Source of the DNA: Planctomycetota bacterium
Lineage (GTDB): Bacteria > Planctomycetota > UBA1135 > UBA2386
Length of the DNA: 64,000 nt
Direction: 5' to 3'
Assembly (NCBI GenBank): GCA_965228735.1
Contig: OZ245838.1
Location: forward strand, 5,504,001 to 5,568,000
Each line of letters starts with the position of its first letter. Within the stretch, counting starts at the first letter, position 1. This document shows, piece by piece, positions 9,466-18,567 of this stretch. Under the pieces are notes generated by a model. The model had not been told where the DNA came from. It was given only the letters and a program-made list of their open reading frames with translations, and did not search any database. The position numbers and the translations under genes were made by a program.

Positions 9466-12045
9466 GTGGACCGCGTGAAGACCCTGTTCGAGAACGCCGT
9501 CGAGCTGCCGGCGTCCGAGCGAGCGCGGTTCGTCGCCGAATCGTGTGGCGATGACCTCGCGCTTCGACGGCGACTCGAAGGTCTGCTCGCCGCGCACGAC
9601 GAGGCCGGTGACTTCCTGGAGCACCCGACGGGTCTCGTCGACGCTGCCGTTCTGGCCGCGCGGGAGGGCGTCGGGACGCCGAACGAGGCTGCCGGTGACA
9701 GAGTCGATCGCTTCGTGCTCATGACGGAGCTCGGCAGCGGCGGTTTCGGCACGGTTTGGCACGCGCGGCAGGAGGAGCCGGTGACCCGTGAGGTCGCGCT
9801 CAAGGTCCTGCACGCGCGATTGGATCAGCCGAGCCTCGCGGAGGCGTTCTACGCCGAGCGGCAGAATCTCGCGCGCATGCGGCACCCGTCGATCGCCAAG
9901 GTGCTCGATGCGGGCGTCGCGGATGGTCGCCCGTGGATCGCGATGGAGCTCGTCGACGGCGCCCCGATCGTGCGGGCCTGCGAGGCCCGCGCGCTCGACC
10001 TGCGGGCGCGGCTCGGCCTCTTCGTCGAGGTCTGTCGTGCCCTCCAGCACGCGCACGGCAAGGGCATCGTGCACCGCGACCTCAAACCGTCCAACGTGCT
10101 GCTCACGGATGACGCCGGGCGCCTGCGGCCGGTCGTGATCGACTTCGGCATCTCGGGTTCGCTGGACGGTCGGATCGGCCGGCCGGGAGTGGCCGGAACA
10201 CCCGAGTACATGAGTCCGGAGCAGGCCGCCGAAGACGACGACGCCGTCGACGTGCGGACCGATGTCCACGCCCTCGGGGTGCTGCTCTACGAACTCGTCG
10301 CTCGAGCGCGCCCGTTCGTTCGCTCGTCCGCCGACGAGCCTGCCACCGAGATCTTGCGGCGGGTGCGCGAACACGAGCCGGCGCCGCCGAGTCGGGTGAG
10401 GACCGCCATGCCGGGCGTTACCGGCGAGCTCGACGAGATCGTCGGGCAGGCGCTGGAGAAGGACCCGGAGGCCCGCTACCCGACGGCCAACGCGCTCTGT
10501 GAGGACGTCCAGCGTTACCTGCAGCACCGCCCGATCCACGCGCGCGAGGGCCGTCCTGGCTACGTCCTGCGCAAGTTCGTCCAGCGGCACCGGGTCGCGG
10601 TGTTCGCGGTCACGGTGATCGTGCTGACCTCGTTGACGGCTGCCGTCGTCGCGACGCGAGGCTACCTCGCTGCGCGCACGGCGGAGCAGAGCGCACGCCG
10701 CGCTCTCGACGTGCTGGACGAGGTCTGGCTCGCGGCCGATCTCTCGCGGTTCGGCAGCGCGGACTACCCGGTGCGCGAGCTGTTCGCCGATTTCGAGCGC
10801 GCGTTGCCGGGTTTGCTGCCCGACGAGCCGGCGGTCGAGTTTCGCATCCGGCTGTCGATGGCGCGGCTGCAGCGCGCGGCCGGCGTCTTCGATCGGGGGC
10901 TCGCTCACGCCGAGCGCGCGACCGAGCTGGCGCGCGGTATCGAAGGTACGGACTCGCCGTTGCCGGCAGCGCTGCTCGAGCTCGGTCGCATCCAGTACGG
11001 CCGCAACGAGGCGGCGGCTGCCGTCGCGACCGCGGTGGCCGGACTGGCGGCACTCGGAAACCGTGCCGCGCCGGGGCCCCGGGCCGAGTTCGAAGCACTG
11101 CGGGCCGAAGCGTTGCTGCGCAGCGGTGACATCGAGGCGGCGATGGCGGCGGGCGAGCGGGCTGCGGCGCTCTTCGAGGTGACCGGGGATCCCGCTCAGC
11201 GGCCGAACGGCGAGCTGCTCCTCGCGAGCCTGTTCGGCGCCATCGGTCAAGTCGACGTCGCGCTCGAGCACTTGCGGGCGGCGCAGGCGCACTTCGCCGC
11301 GGCCGGGGGCAGCATCGGCGACGAGCTCGTCGCCCGACAGCACGAAGCGATGCTGCTGGCTCGCCGCGGTGACCACGTCGCCGCCGAGGTCGCGATGCGC
11401 GATTGCCATGAGCGGCGGCGCGAGCTCTTCGGTCCCGGTCATCCACTGGTCGCGTCGACCGCGAGCGACCTGGCCTGGCTCCTCCACGAACTGAAGCGCG
11501 ATGCCGAGGCCGCGGACCTGTTGGTTCCCGCGATCGACGACCTGCGCACGCGACTCGGAGAGCGGCACCTGTTCGTCACCGAGGCCATGCAGCGGCTCGG
11601 GGCCGTGCGGGTCGCGCTCGATGAACCGATCGCGGCCGAGGAGCTGCTGCGCGCGGCGATGGACCGCTATCGGACGCTGCCCGCGCATCCGCCGGACGGT
11701 CTGATCGGCTGCATGAACAACCTCGCGGGCCTGCTGTGGCAGCGCGGCGATCGCGAGCAGGCTGCGGATGTCACCGGGCGCGCGCTCGCACTCGCGCGGG
11801 CCGAACTGCCGCGCACGCACTTCGTGCTCTCCGTGACGCTCACCAACCTCGCGTACATGCAGCAGGGGCTGGGCCGCGACGAAGCGGCGGCGACGTTGCT
11901 CGGCGAAGCCCTGACGCTCTCCGAGGAGAACGGCCGTGCCGGGGAAGCGCGGATCCAACGTCGTCGCCTCGTCGCGATGCTGCGCCAGCTCGGTCGCGAT
12001 GCCGAAGCGGATCGGGTGGCGGGGAACGGCGCCGAGGGCCGCTGA
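9466..12045 (+). CDS. membrane-anchored Ser/Thr protein kinase with C-terminal TPR repeats
   Basis: GSGGFG, VALK, HRDLKPSN, DFG and GTPEYMSPEQ, then a TM helix and TPRs. It starts 3 bp after the ECF gene. Confidence 0.93.
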   Translation: MDRVKTLFENAVELPASERARFVAESCGDDLALRRRLEGLLAAHDEAGDFLEHPTGLVDAAVLAAREGVGTPNEAAGDRVDRFVLMTELGSGGFGTVWHARQEEPVTREVALKVLHARLDQPSLAEAFYAERQNLARMRHPSIAKVLDAGVADGRPWIAMELVDGAPIVRACEARALDLRARLGLFVEVCRALQHAHGKGIVHRDLKPSNVLLTDDAGRLRPVVIDFGISGSLDGRIGRPGVAGTPEYMSPEQAAEDDDAVDVRTDVHALGVLLYELVARARPFVRSSADEPATEILRRVREHEPAPPSRVRTAMPGVTGELDEIVGQALEKDPEARYPTANALCEDVQRYLQHRPIHAREGRPGYVLRKFVQRHRVAVFAVTVIVLTSLTAAVVATRGYLAARTAEQSARRALDVLDEVWLAADLSRFGSADYPVRELFADFERALPGLLPDEPAVEFRIRLSMARLQRAAGVFDRGLAHAERATELARGIEGTDSPLPAALLELGRIQYGRNEAAAAVATAVAGLAALGNRAAPGPRAEFEALRAEALLRSGDIEAAMAAGERAAALFEVTGDPAQRPNGELLLASLFGAIGQVDVALEHLRAAQAHFAAAGGSIGDELVARQHEAMLLARRGDHVAAEVAMRDCHERRRELFGPGHPLVASTASDLAWLLHELKRDAEAADLLVPAIDDLRTRLGERHLFVTEAMQRLGAVRVALDEPIAAEELLRAAMDRYRTLPAHPPDGLIGCMNNLAGLLWQRGDREQAADVTGRALALARAELPRTHFVLSVTLTNLAYMQQGLGRDEAAATLLGEALTLSEENGRAGEARIQRRRLVAMLRQLGRDAEADRVAGNGAEGR

Positions 12046-12080
12046 TCACCCCGTTCGGTGGCCCTCGCGGTTCGGGCCCG

Positions 12081-14024
12081 TCACCTGGTAGCGGTCGAGC
12101 CGCCGTACCGCAGTCGTTCGTGGTGCTCGACGGCGGTCGCGAGGGCGGCGAGCTGCGTCGGCTTCGCCGCCTCGCCGCGCGCCCGTGCCAGCAGTTCGCG
12201 CGGGGTCTCGCCGGGGCGCAGCGCGAGGCCGAGTGCGCGGGCGGCGCCGACGAGCGCGGCGACGGTGGCCGGCGGCCGGCGCCTTCGCCAGCGGGCGTAG
12301 AGCAGCGCGATGGGGAGGCCCAGCAGCCCGAGCGTCGCGAACGGGTGCCGCCCGGCGAGCCGCGCGATGGCGCCCGGCAGCGCGCCCAACGTCGTGAGCA
12401 GGCGCGCGCGCCCGTCGTCGTCGAAGCCGACGATCGCGGCCCACGCGCTTTCCATGAAGCGCTTCGTATCGTGCCACCAGCCCGACTGGGTGTCACCGCC
12501 GTCCGGACCGGCGCTCGCCGGCGTCGCGTCGAGCGTCAGCCACGAACCGTCGGGCAACAGCGCTTCGACCCACGCGTGGGCGTGGCGCGCACGAACGATG
12601 ACGGCGCCGTCGTCGGCCCGCTCCTGCGCGAGGAAACCGCCGACGAGCCGACACGGCACACCCGCGTGCCGCAGCATGAGCGCGAGCACGGTGGCGAAGT
12701 ACTCGCAGTGGCCCGCGCCGCTGCCGATGGCGAACGCGTCGATCGAGCCCGCGAACCCCGGTCCGCCCGGCAGCGCGTAGCGGCGTTGGGCGCGCAACCA
12801 CGATGCGCAGTGGGCGAGGCGACCGGCGGTCGGCATCTCCTCGGGCAGATCGGCCGTTGCTTGCTCGAGCAGGTGCTTCGCGGTCCGCGTGACCGGCCGG
12901 CGCGGCAGCTCGACGAACAGTCGCGAGATGCGTTCGGGCACCGTGAAGCTGCGCGCGTCGCCGCTGCCGCGAACGGTGTAGACGAGCGGCTCCGCGGGCG
13001 CGTCCGCGAGGCGGAAGAACGCGAAGCCGCCGTAGGACTTCGGATCGACGAGGATGCCGTGCGTGTCGATCGGCGTCATCTCGCACGCCGAGAGCGGCAG
13101 CGGCAGCTGCTCCATGCTCGCGTTCGGCAGCTCGACGCGCAGCGCGCGCTCGGTCGGTCGGACCCCGTTGTGCCACGTGCCGGCGGCGTCGCGGTCCCAC
13201 GTCGGGTCCGTCGCGAAGCGCGTGCCGAGCCGCGACGCCTCCTGCGGCAGCCAGTTCTGGCCGTCGAAGTAGGAGAACGCGATCGCCCGCCAGTGACTCG
13301 GGACGTCGGCGATCTCGCCGTCGAATGACTCGATGCGCATCACGATGCGGTCATCGAGTTCGACGGCGCGGTCGTCGTCGAGGTCGATGATGTCGGCGAT
13401 GCCGGTGTCGAGACCCGCGTGCCGCGCGAGCGCGTCGCCGAGCCACCCCTCGTGCTCGAAGTCGCGCGGGCAGAACACGAACACCACGACGGTGACCGCG
13501 CCGATGATCGCGGTTCGCGGCAGGCTGTCGCGGATGACGCGGCGCGTGAGCGGCCACGACAGCGCACCTTCGCGGCGTGCGAGCACGTTGAGCTGGAGTG
13601 CCGGCACGAACACGACCGCGTGCGCGACGAACAACACGGACCACGTGATCGTCGCGGCGAAGAAGCTCGTCACGAACGCGATGAGGAACGAGTTGAAGAA
13701 CACCAGGTCGGGGCGCTGCAGGCGGCCGACGTTGTTGAGCAGGTGCACCTGGCACAGCACCGCGAGCAGCATGCCGTCCTCGAGCATGTGCAGCAGACCC
13801 GTCGTCGAGGCGTGCTGCACGAGCATGGCGAAGACGACGAGCACGCCGACGTTCCAGCACGTGCGATAGGTGACGCGGCTCTGCAGCTGGCGCAGCCACG
13901 GTGACACGAGCGCCAGCACGAGCAGCGGCAGCAGCGCGAGCATCGATACCGTGTCCGTGACGGCGACGAACGCGAGGTCGAGCAGCGTCAGGGTGACGAG
14001 CGCTGGATGGAGGCGGTCAGACAC
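12081..14024 (-). CDS. DUF3488 / transglutaminase-like membrane protein (TgpA-like)
   Basis: Multi-TM N-terminus and the catalytic-triad motifs GHCEYFA, HAHAWVE and LDATP. Confidence 0.88.
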   Translation of the reverse strand: MSDRLHPALVTLTLLDLAFVAVTDTVSMLALLPLLVLALVSPWLRQLQSRVTYRTCWNVGVLVVFAMLVQHASTTGLLHMLEDGMLLAVLCQVHLLNNVGRLQRPDLVFFNSFLIAFVTSFFAATITWSVLFVAHAVVFVPALQLNVLARREGALSWPLTRRVIRDSLPRTAIIGAVTVVVFVFCPRDFEHEGWLGDALARHAGLDTGIADIIDLDDDRAVELDDRIVMRIESFDGEIADVPSHWRAIAFSYFDGQNWLPQEASRLGTRFATDPTWDRDAAGTWHNGVRPTERALRVELPNASMEQLPLPLSACEMTPIDTHGILVDPKSYGGFAFFRLADAPAEPLVYTVRGSGDARSFTVPERISRLFVELPRRPVTRTAKHLLEQATADLPEEMPTAGRLAHCASWLRAQRRYALPGGPGFAGSIDAFAIGSGAGHCEYFATVLALMLRHAGVPCRLVGGFLAQERADDGAVIVRARHAHAWVEALLPDGSWLTLDATPASAGPDGGDTQSGWWHDTKRFMESAWAAIVGFDDDGRARLLTTLGALPGAIARLAGRHPFATLGLLGLPIALLYARWRRRRPPATVAALVGAARALGLALRPGETPRELLARARGEAAKPTQLAALATAVEHHERLRYGGSTATR

Positions 14025-15042
14025 CGATCGGCTCCTCGCTCGCGTCCCGGTTGCGATGGCCCGCGCGCGGCGGGCCGGCGTCGGCCTGCGCGGGCGTCGC
14101 GCCGGCGAGCCAGCGCAGGACGGGTGTCAGGTCCCGGCCGCCCTCGACCGCGGCTTCGAAGCCCTGGCTCACGAGTCGCAGCGGCCGCTCGGACTCGTGC
14201 GCCCGGAACACGGCGGCCGTGGCGTCCGCGAGCCGGAGTTCGAACTCGGCAGGGTCGCTGCAGCGACGGTCGACGAGGATCTGCTCCTCGATGTCCTGGC
14301 CGCCGGGTTCGCGTTCCTTCACCACGGGTTCGCCGCGGCGGGCCGACGCCTTCCAGTGCATGTCGCCGAGGCCGTCACCCGGGCGGAACGGCCGCAGGCC
14401 GGCGATCGCGGCGCTGCGACCGCCGCGGTAGGTGCCGTCGTCGCCGGCCAGTGCGCCGCGCCCGAACCGCGGGCCCCGGGCGTCGCCGTTCGTGCTCGGG
14501 TAGGTGACGAGCTCCGTCTCGGTGTCCGGCGTGAATGAGCGCGTGACGCGGAACAGCCCGAACGGGTACCGCGAACTGCAGTGCACCAGTGCGATGCGGC
14601 GCAGTCCGCGCTCTTGCCGTGGCAGCACGCACTCGAGTGGGCGTTCGCCTTTGGCGAGCGCGATGTGTGTCAGTTCGATCGGCGGCGATCGCTTGTCCGA
14701 GTCGTCGAACTCGAGCGTCACCGTCAGGTCGAACGCCGCGCGCCGGCTCGTGATGGCGAGCACGACCGGGCGGTCTGCGCCGGCGGGGGCGGCGGGCACA
14801 TCGGTGAGCCGCAACGTGACACCGGTGGTGTTGCGGGCGGACCACACGAGGCCGGTGAGCCCGAGCACCGCGCAGAACGCGATGATCAGGAAGAAGAGGT
14901 TGCTGTACGACGCGGCTAGGAACGCGATGACGAGCGCACCGAGCAGGAGCAGGCCCTTGAGGCCGAGCTCGGTCGGTCGCACTCGCGGGCGCGATCGCGT
15001 GGACGCGGAGCTCGCGCCCGAGGCTGCTGCGGCGCTTCGCAT
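14017..15042 (-). CDS. DUF58 family protein
   Basis: SSRYPFGLF and GLRPFRPGD..MHWKASARRGEPVVKE. It lies between MoxR and the transglutaminase. The start is uncertain. Confidence 0.88.
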   Translation of the reverse strand: MRSAAAASGASSASTRSRPRVRPTELGLKGLLLLGALVIAFLAASYSNLFFLIIAFCAVLGLTGLVWSARNTTGVTLRLTDVPAAPAGADRPVVLAITSRRAAFDLTVTLEFDDSDKRSPPIELTHIALAKGERPLECVLPRQERGLRRIALVHCSSRYPFGLFRVTRSFTPDTETELVTYPSTNGDARGPRFGRGALAGDDGTYRGGRSAAIAGLRPFRPGDGLGDMHWKASARRGEPVVKEREPGGQDIEEQILVDRRCSDPAEFELRLADATAAVFRAHESERPLRLVSQGFEAAVEGGRDLTPVLRWLAGATPAQADAGPPRAGHRNRDASEEPIGV

Positions 15043-15046
15043 CCGC

Positions 15047-16015
15047 TCAGAGCGGCACGTGGACCGCGTCGAGGATCTCCTGCAGCGTGCCGTGCACGGC
15101 CTGCGCTCCGCCGCTGTCGTTGCCGCCACGCAAGAACACGCGGTGGGCTAGCGTTGCCAGCGCGAGCGCCTTGAGGTCGTCGGGCACGAGGTAGTCGCGG
15201 CCGTCGAGCAACGCACGGGCCTTGGCCGCGGCGAGCCACGACAGCGCCGCACGCGGACTCGCGCCGAGCGCGATGTCGCAGTGTTCTCGCGTCGCACATA
15301 CGACGTCGTAGACGTAGCCCGCGAGCTTCTCGTCGACCTTGACGGCTGCGGCAGCCGCACGCAACGCGATGAGGTCTTCGGCCTCGATCACGGGCTGGCA
15401 GTTCTGCAGCGCGGTCTCGGAGTCGCGGCCGCTGTAGAGCGCACGTTCGTCGGCGGGTGCCGGATAACCGAGCTCGACGCACACGAGGAAGCGGTCGAGC
15501 GCGGCCTCGGGCAGCGGGTAGGTGCCGTGGAACTCGATCGGATTGCGCGTCGCGATCACCGAGAACGGCTGACCGAGCTCGACGGTTCGGCCCTCGATCG
15601 AGACGCGGCCGTTCTCCATCGCCTCGAGCAGGCACGACAGCGTGCGCGGACTCGTGCGGTTGATCTCGTCGGCGAGCACGAGGTTGGCGAACAGCGGGCC
15701 CTTCACGAACGAGAATCGGCCTTGGTCCGGCCGCCAGACGGCGGTCCCGACGACGTCGCTCGGCATCAGATCGTTGGTGAACTGGATGCGGCGGAAGGTG
15801 CCGTGCACCGACTCCGCGAGCGCGCGGGCGAGCATCGTCTTGCCGGTGCCCGGAACGCCCTCGACGAGCGCATGCCCGCCGGCGACGAGCGCGCAGAGCA
15901 GCGGTTCGAGCGCCGAGTCGGGGACGGTCACGACGTCCGCGATGTTCTGTTGGATCGCGATGCGCGCTGCCGCGGCGTCGACGGAACGATGGACTGCGTT
16001 GGCTGCTGCTGGCAC
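15047..16015 (-). CDS. MoxR family AAA+ ATPase
   Basis: Walker A GVPGTGKT, RIQFTNDLMPSD, LADEINR, NPIEFHGTYPLPEAALDRF and GASPRA. The start is approximate. Confidence 0.92.
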   Translation of the reverse strand: MPAAANAVHRSVDAAAARIAIQQNIADVVTVPDSALEPLLCALVAGGHALVEGVPGTGKTMLARALAESVHGTFRRIQFTNDLMPSDVVGTAVWRPDQGRFSFVKGPLFANLVLADEINRTSPRTLSCLLEAMENGRVSIEGRTVELGQPFSVIATRNPIEFHGTYPLPEAALDRFLVCVELGYPAPADERALYSGRDSETALQNCQPVIEAEDLIALRAAAAAVKVDEKLAGYVYDVVCATREHCDIALGASPRAALSWLAAAKARALLDGRDYLVPDDLKALALATLAHRVFLRGGNDSGGAQAVHGTLQEILDAVHVPL

Positions 16016-16124
16016 GGCGTCGGAACCTCTACGGGATTCTCTTCGGCCAGACCGGACCGTTCCGTGAGCGCCGTTGTCTCGCCCGCGATGGCACGGGCGG
16101 TTCTGCGGCAGCTGTTGCGACGCG

Positions 16125-16649
16125 CTACAGGCCGCCGGGGTCCTTGCGCATGAGGTCGCGGAAGCGCGGGTCGTTGCGCAGCGTGTCGAGGTCGGGTTCT
16201 TCGCGGGCGTGATCGCGCAGGTCCTCGGAGATGCCGCACGCGATCGTGACCTCGTCGATGGCGCGGTCGCGCTGGCCCGCGAGCGCGAGGTAGCAGCCCA
16301 GGTTGTAGTGCCCGATGTCCGAACGCGGATTCCGTTCGACGAGTCGCTCCATGCAGCGGATCGCGCCGGGCAGGTCGGTGGTGCGCTTCTTGCACCACGC
16401 TTCGCAGAGGTCGAGCCAGTCGTCGAGCTCGGGTTCACCACGCAGCGCTGCGATGTCGTTCAGCGCATCCGTATGGCGACCGAGCGCGGTATTGGCGCGG
16501 ATGCGCATCGCGAGCCCGGCCGGCCGGGCGGCGTCGACCCGCAGCAGCGGATCGATGCGCTCGAGCGCCCGTTCGGGGCACTTGAGTTCGAGCCAGCCGT
16601 CGACCTCGTCGGCGACGCGGCGCAGCGCTGGGGGAACCGGCAGCATCAT
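16125..16649 (-). CDS. TPR-containing protein
   Basis: Helical repeats, HYNLGCYLAL and a C-terminal EPDLDTLRNDPRF. Confidence 0.8.
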   Translation of the reverse strand: MMLPVPPALRRVADEVDGWLELKCPERALERIDPLLRVDAARPAGLAMRIRANTALGRHTDALNDIAALRGEPELDDWLDLCEAWCKKRTTDLPGAIRCMERLVERNPRSDIGHYNLGCYLALAGQRDRAIDEVTIACGISEDLRDHAREEPDLDTLRNDPRFRDLMRKDPGGL

Positions 16650-16658
16650 GCGAGTTTC

Positions 16659-17807
16659 CTAGTCGGCGCTGCCGGGCGCAATCGGGGTGGGACTCGCGGG
16701 CGTGTTGGTCTCGTGGCCGCGCGCTGCAACGGGCACGATGTCGACGATCCGACCGTTGTCGACGAGCACCGCCTCGTCGGCCAGGTTGACGGTCGGGCAG
16801 ACGTGGCGCGGCACGAGCCGAACGAGCGTGCCGACGGGCGGCGCGTCGCCGCGGTCCATGACGAACGGCAGGTGCTCCTCGCTCGGCGTCTGCGCGGTTG
16901 CCTCGATGGCCGGCGTCACGAGCACGGCGCAGGGCGAGCCGGCGGCCGCGTCGAGCGCCTTGCTGCCGGCGTCGACGGTGAAGCGGTCGTTCGTCGGGCG
17001 TGACACGACCCGGCCGAGCACCTCCACGGCGAACGCGAAGCCCTCGATGCCGAGTTCGTCGCTGCGCGCGTCCCAGTAGACGACCGTGCCCGGGCTGACG
17101 GTGTGATGCAGGCCCGCGAAGCCGTCGTAGAACAACGCATCGGGGAACGTCGGCGTCCCGCTCGTGATGAGCTCGCCGGTGATGCCGAGCTGCGACGCGA
17201 GCGCGGTGAAGTTCGCATACACGGCGTGGGCCGCAGCGCGGCGGTCGGCCGGATCGTCGACGTGCAGGTGGCCGTCGTAGCAGTGCAATCCGCGCAACGC
17301 GTCGCCGGCTGCCGTCGCGACGGCACGAACGCGATCCGTCTCGGGCAGCGGGATGCCGGTGCGGTGATAGCCCGGGTCGAGATCGAGGAACACGCCGAGG
17401 CCGAGTTCGGCGCAGGCGTTGGCGTGTTCGGGGTCCTCGCTGAGCATCGACAGGCGGTGCTGCGGCCAGCGGTCGGCGAGCGCGGCGACGCGCGCGCGGC
17501 TCGGGCCGTGCTGCGCCATGGCGAACAGCAGGTCGATGCCATCCCGCGCCGCGCCCTCGTGCGCGTTCGCCACCTGCAGCAGCACTTCGGCCTCACGCGT
17601 CGTCGCGCACTTGAAGCGCCGCACGCCGACCTCCACCAGCTGTGCGAGGACCGCCGGCACCTTGCTCGTCTTGACGTGCGGCCGCCAGCGGTCGATGTCG
17701 CCCTTGAGCCACGAGTGCATCGTCGCGAGGTTGTGCCGGACGCGGTCGAGGTGGATCAGCAGCGCGGGCGTCTGCAGGTCGGCGAGTTCGTTCGGGGTGG
17801 TCGTCAC
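16659..17807 (-). CDS. PLP-dependent fold-III enzyme (DSD1 / D-threonine aldolase-like)
   Basis: TPALLI, RPHVKTSK (PLP lysine), YHRTG, YDGH, DAGSKA, SEEH and PRHVCPTVNL. A GGAGG RBS precedes the GTG. Confidence 0.88.
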   Translation of the reverse strand: MTTTPNELADLQTPALLIHLDRVRHNLATMHSWLKGDIDRWRPHVKTSKVPAVLAQLVEVGVRRFKCATTREAEVLLQVANAHEGAARDGIDLLFAMAQHGPSRARVAALADRWPQHRLSMLSEDPEHANACAELGLGVFLDLDPGYHRTGIPLPETDRVRAVATAAGDALRGLHCYDGHLHVDDPADRRAAAHAVYANFTALASQLGITGELITSGTPTFPDALFYDGFAGLHHTVSPGTVVYWDARSDELGIEGFAFAVEVLGRVVSRPTNDRFTVDAGSKALDAAAGSPCAVLVTPAIEATAQTPSEEHLPFVMDRGDAPPVGTLVRLVPRHVCPTVNLADEAVLVDNGRIVDIVPVAARGHETNTPASPTPIAPGSAD

Positions 17808-18529
17808 GGTCGGGCCTCCAGCAGTTGGTCGAGCCGGGTCCAGATCTCGTTGGTGTGATCGGTGAGCGCATGATCGCCGCCGTCGACGATCCACAACGCC
17901 TTGCGTTCGTTCTCGATCGCGGCAAAGAACCGGCGGCTGCGGCTCACCGGCACGATGTCGTCGTTCGTGCCGTGGGCGATGAGGACCGGGACGGTGATGC
18001 GATGCGGGAGCGCGCGTTCGTCGAGCGTTCGCGCGTCGTCGAGCACGCGTCGTGCCAGCGGAAAACTGCGGCCGTCACCGGTCCGCATCATACCGTCGTG
18101 GTCGACGCTGCGTTCGAGCCGGTGCACGAACCCGAGCGCGGGCGCGATCAGGGCGAGCCCGCGCACGAGATCCGGCCGTCGTGCAGTGACGAACGCGCTC
18201 ACCATGCCGCCGAGGCTCGAGCCGACGACGATCGCGGGGCCGAACCGTTCGAGCACCGCGATCGTGTCCGCGATGAGTTCGCCGATCGTGACCACGCCGA
18301 TCGTGCCGCTCGAACCGCCGTGACCGCGCAGGTCGAAGCGCGTGAACGCGCGGCCGCGGGCACGGGCGTGGGCCCACAGCGAATCGCTCTTCTGGCCCGC
18401 GCGGTCGGAGCCGAGCCCGTGCAGGAACAGGTAGCCGGGCGCGGTCGGTGCGTTCTCGGACGCCGGCTCATGGTCGCCCACGACGTGGTGGCCGGCGTCG
18501 ATCTCGAGGCGAAACTCGCGGCGGTCCAT
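17804..18529 (-). CDS. alpha/beta hydrolase
   Basis: FLHGLGS, FDLRGHG, nucleophile elbow GSSLGG, HGTNDDIVP and GGDH. Confidence 0.9.
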   Translation of the reverse strand: MDRREFRLEIDAGHHVVGDHEPASENAPTAPGYLFLHGLGSDRAGQKSDSLWAHARARGRAFTRFDLRGHGGSSGTIGVVTIGELIADTIAVLERFGPAIVVGSSLGGMVSAFVTARRPDLVRGLALIAPALGFVHRLERSVDHDGMMRTGDGRSFPLARRVLDDARTLDERALPHRITVPVLIAHGTNDDIVPVSRSRRFFAAIENERKALWIVDGGDHALTDHTNEIWTRLDQLLEARP

Positions 18530-18567
18530 CGGCAGATCGAACCGGGTACCGTACGCCGGGCCCGGGC

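Noticed and set aside
12081..16015. MoxR-DUF58-transglutaminase operon as a novel system
   Set aside because: This is a well-known, widespread gene arrangement.
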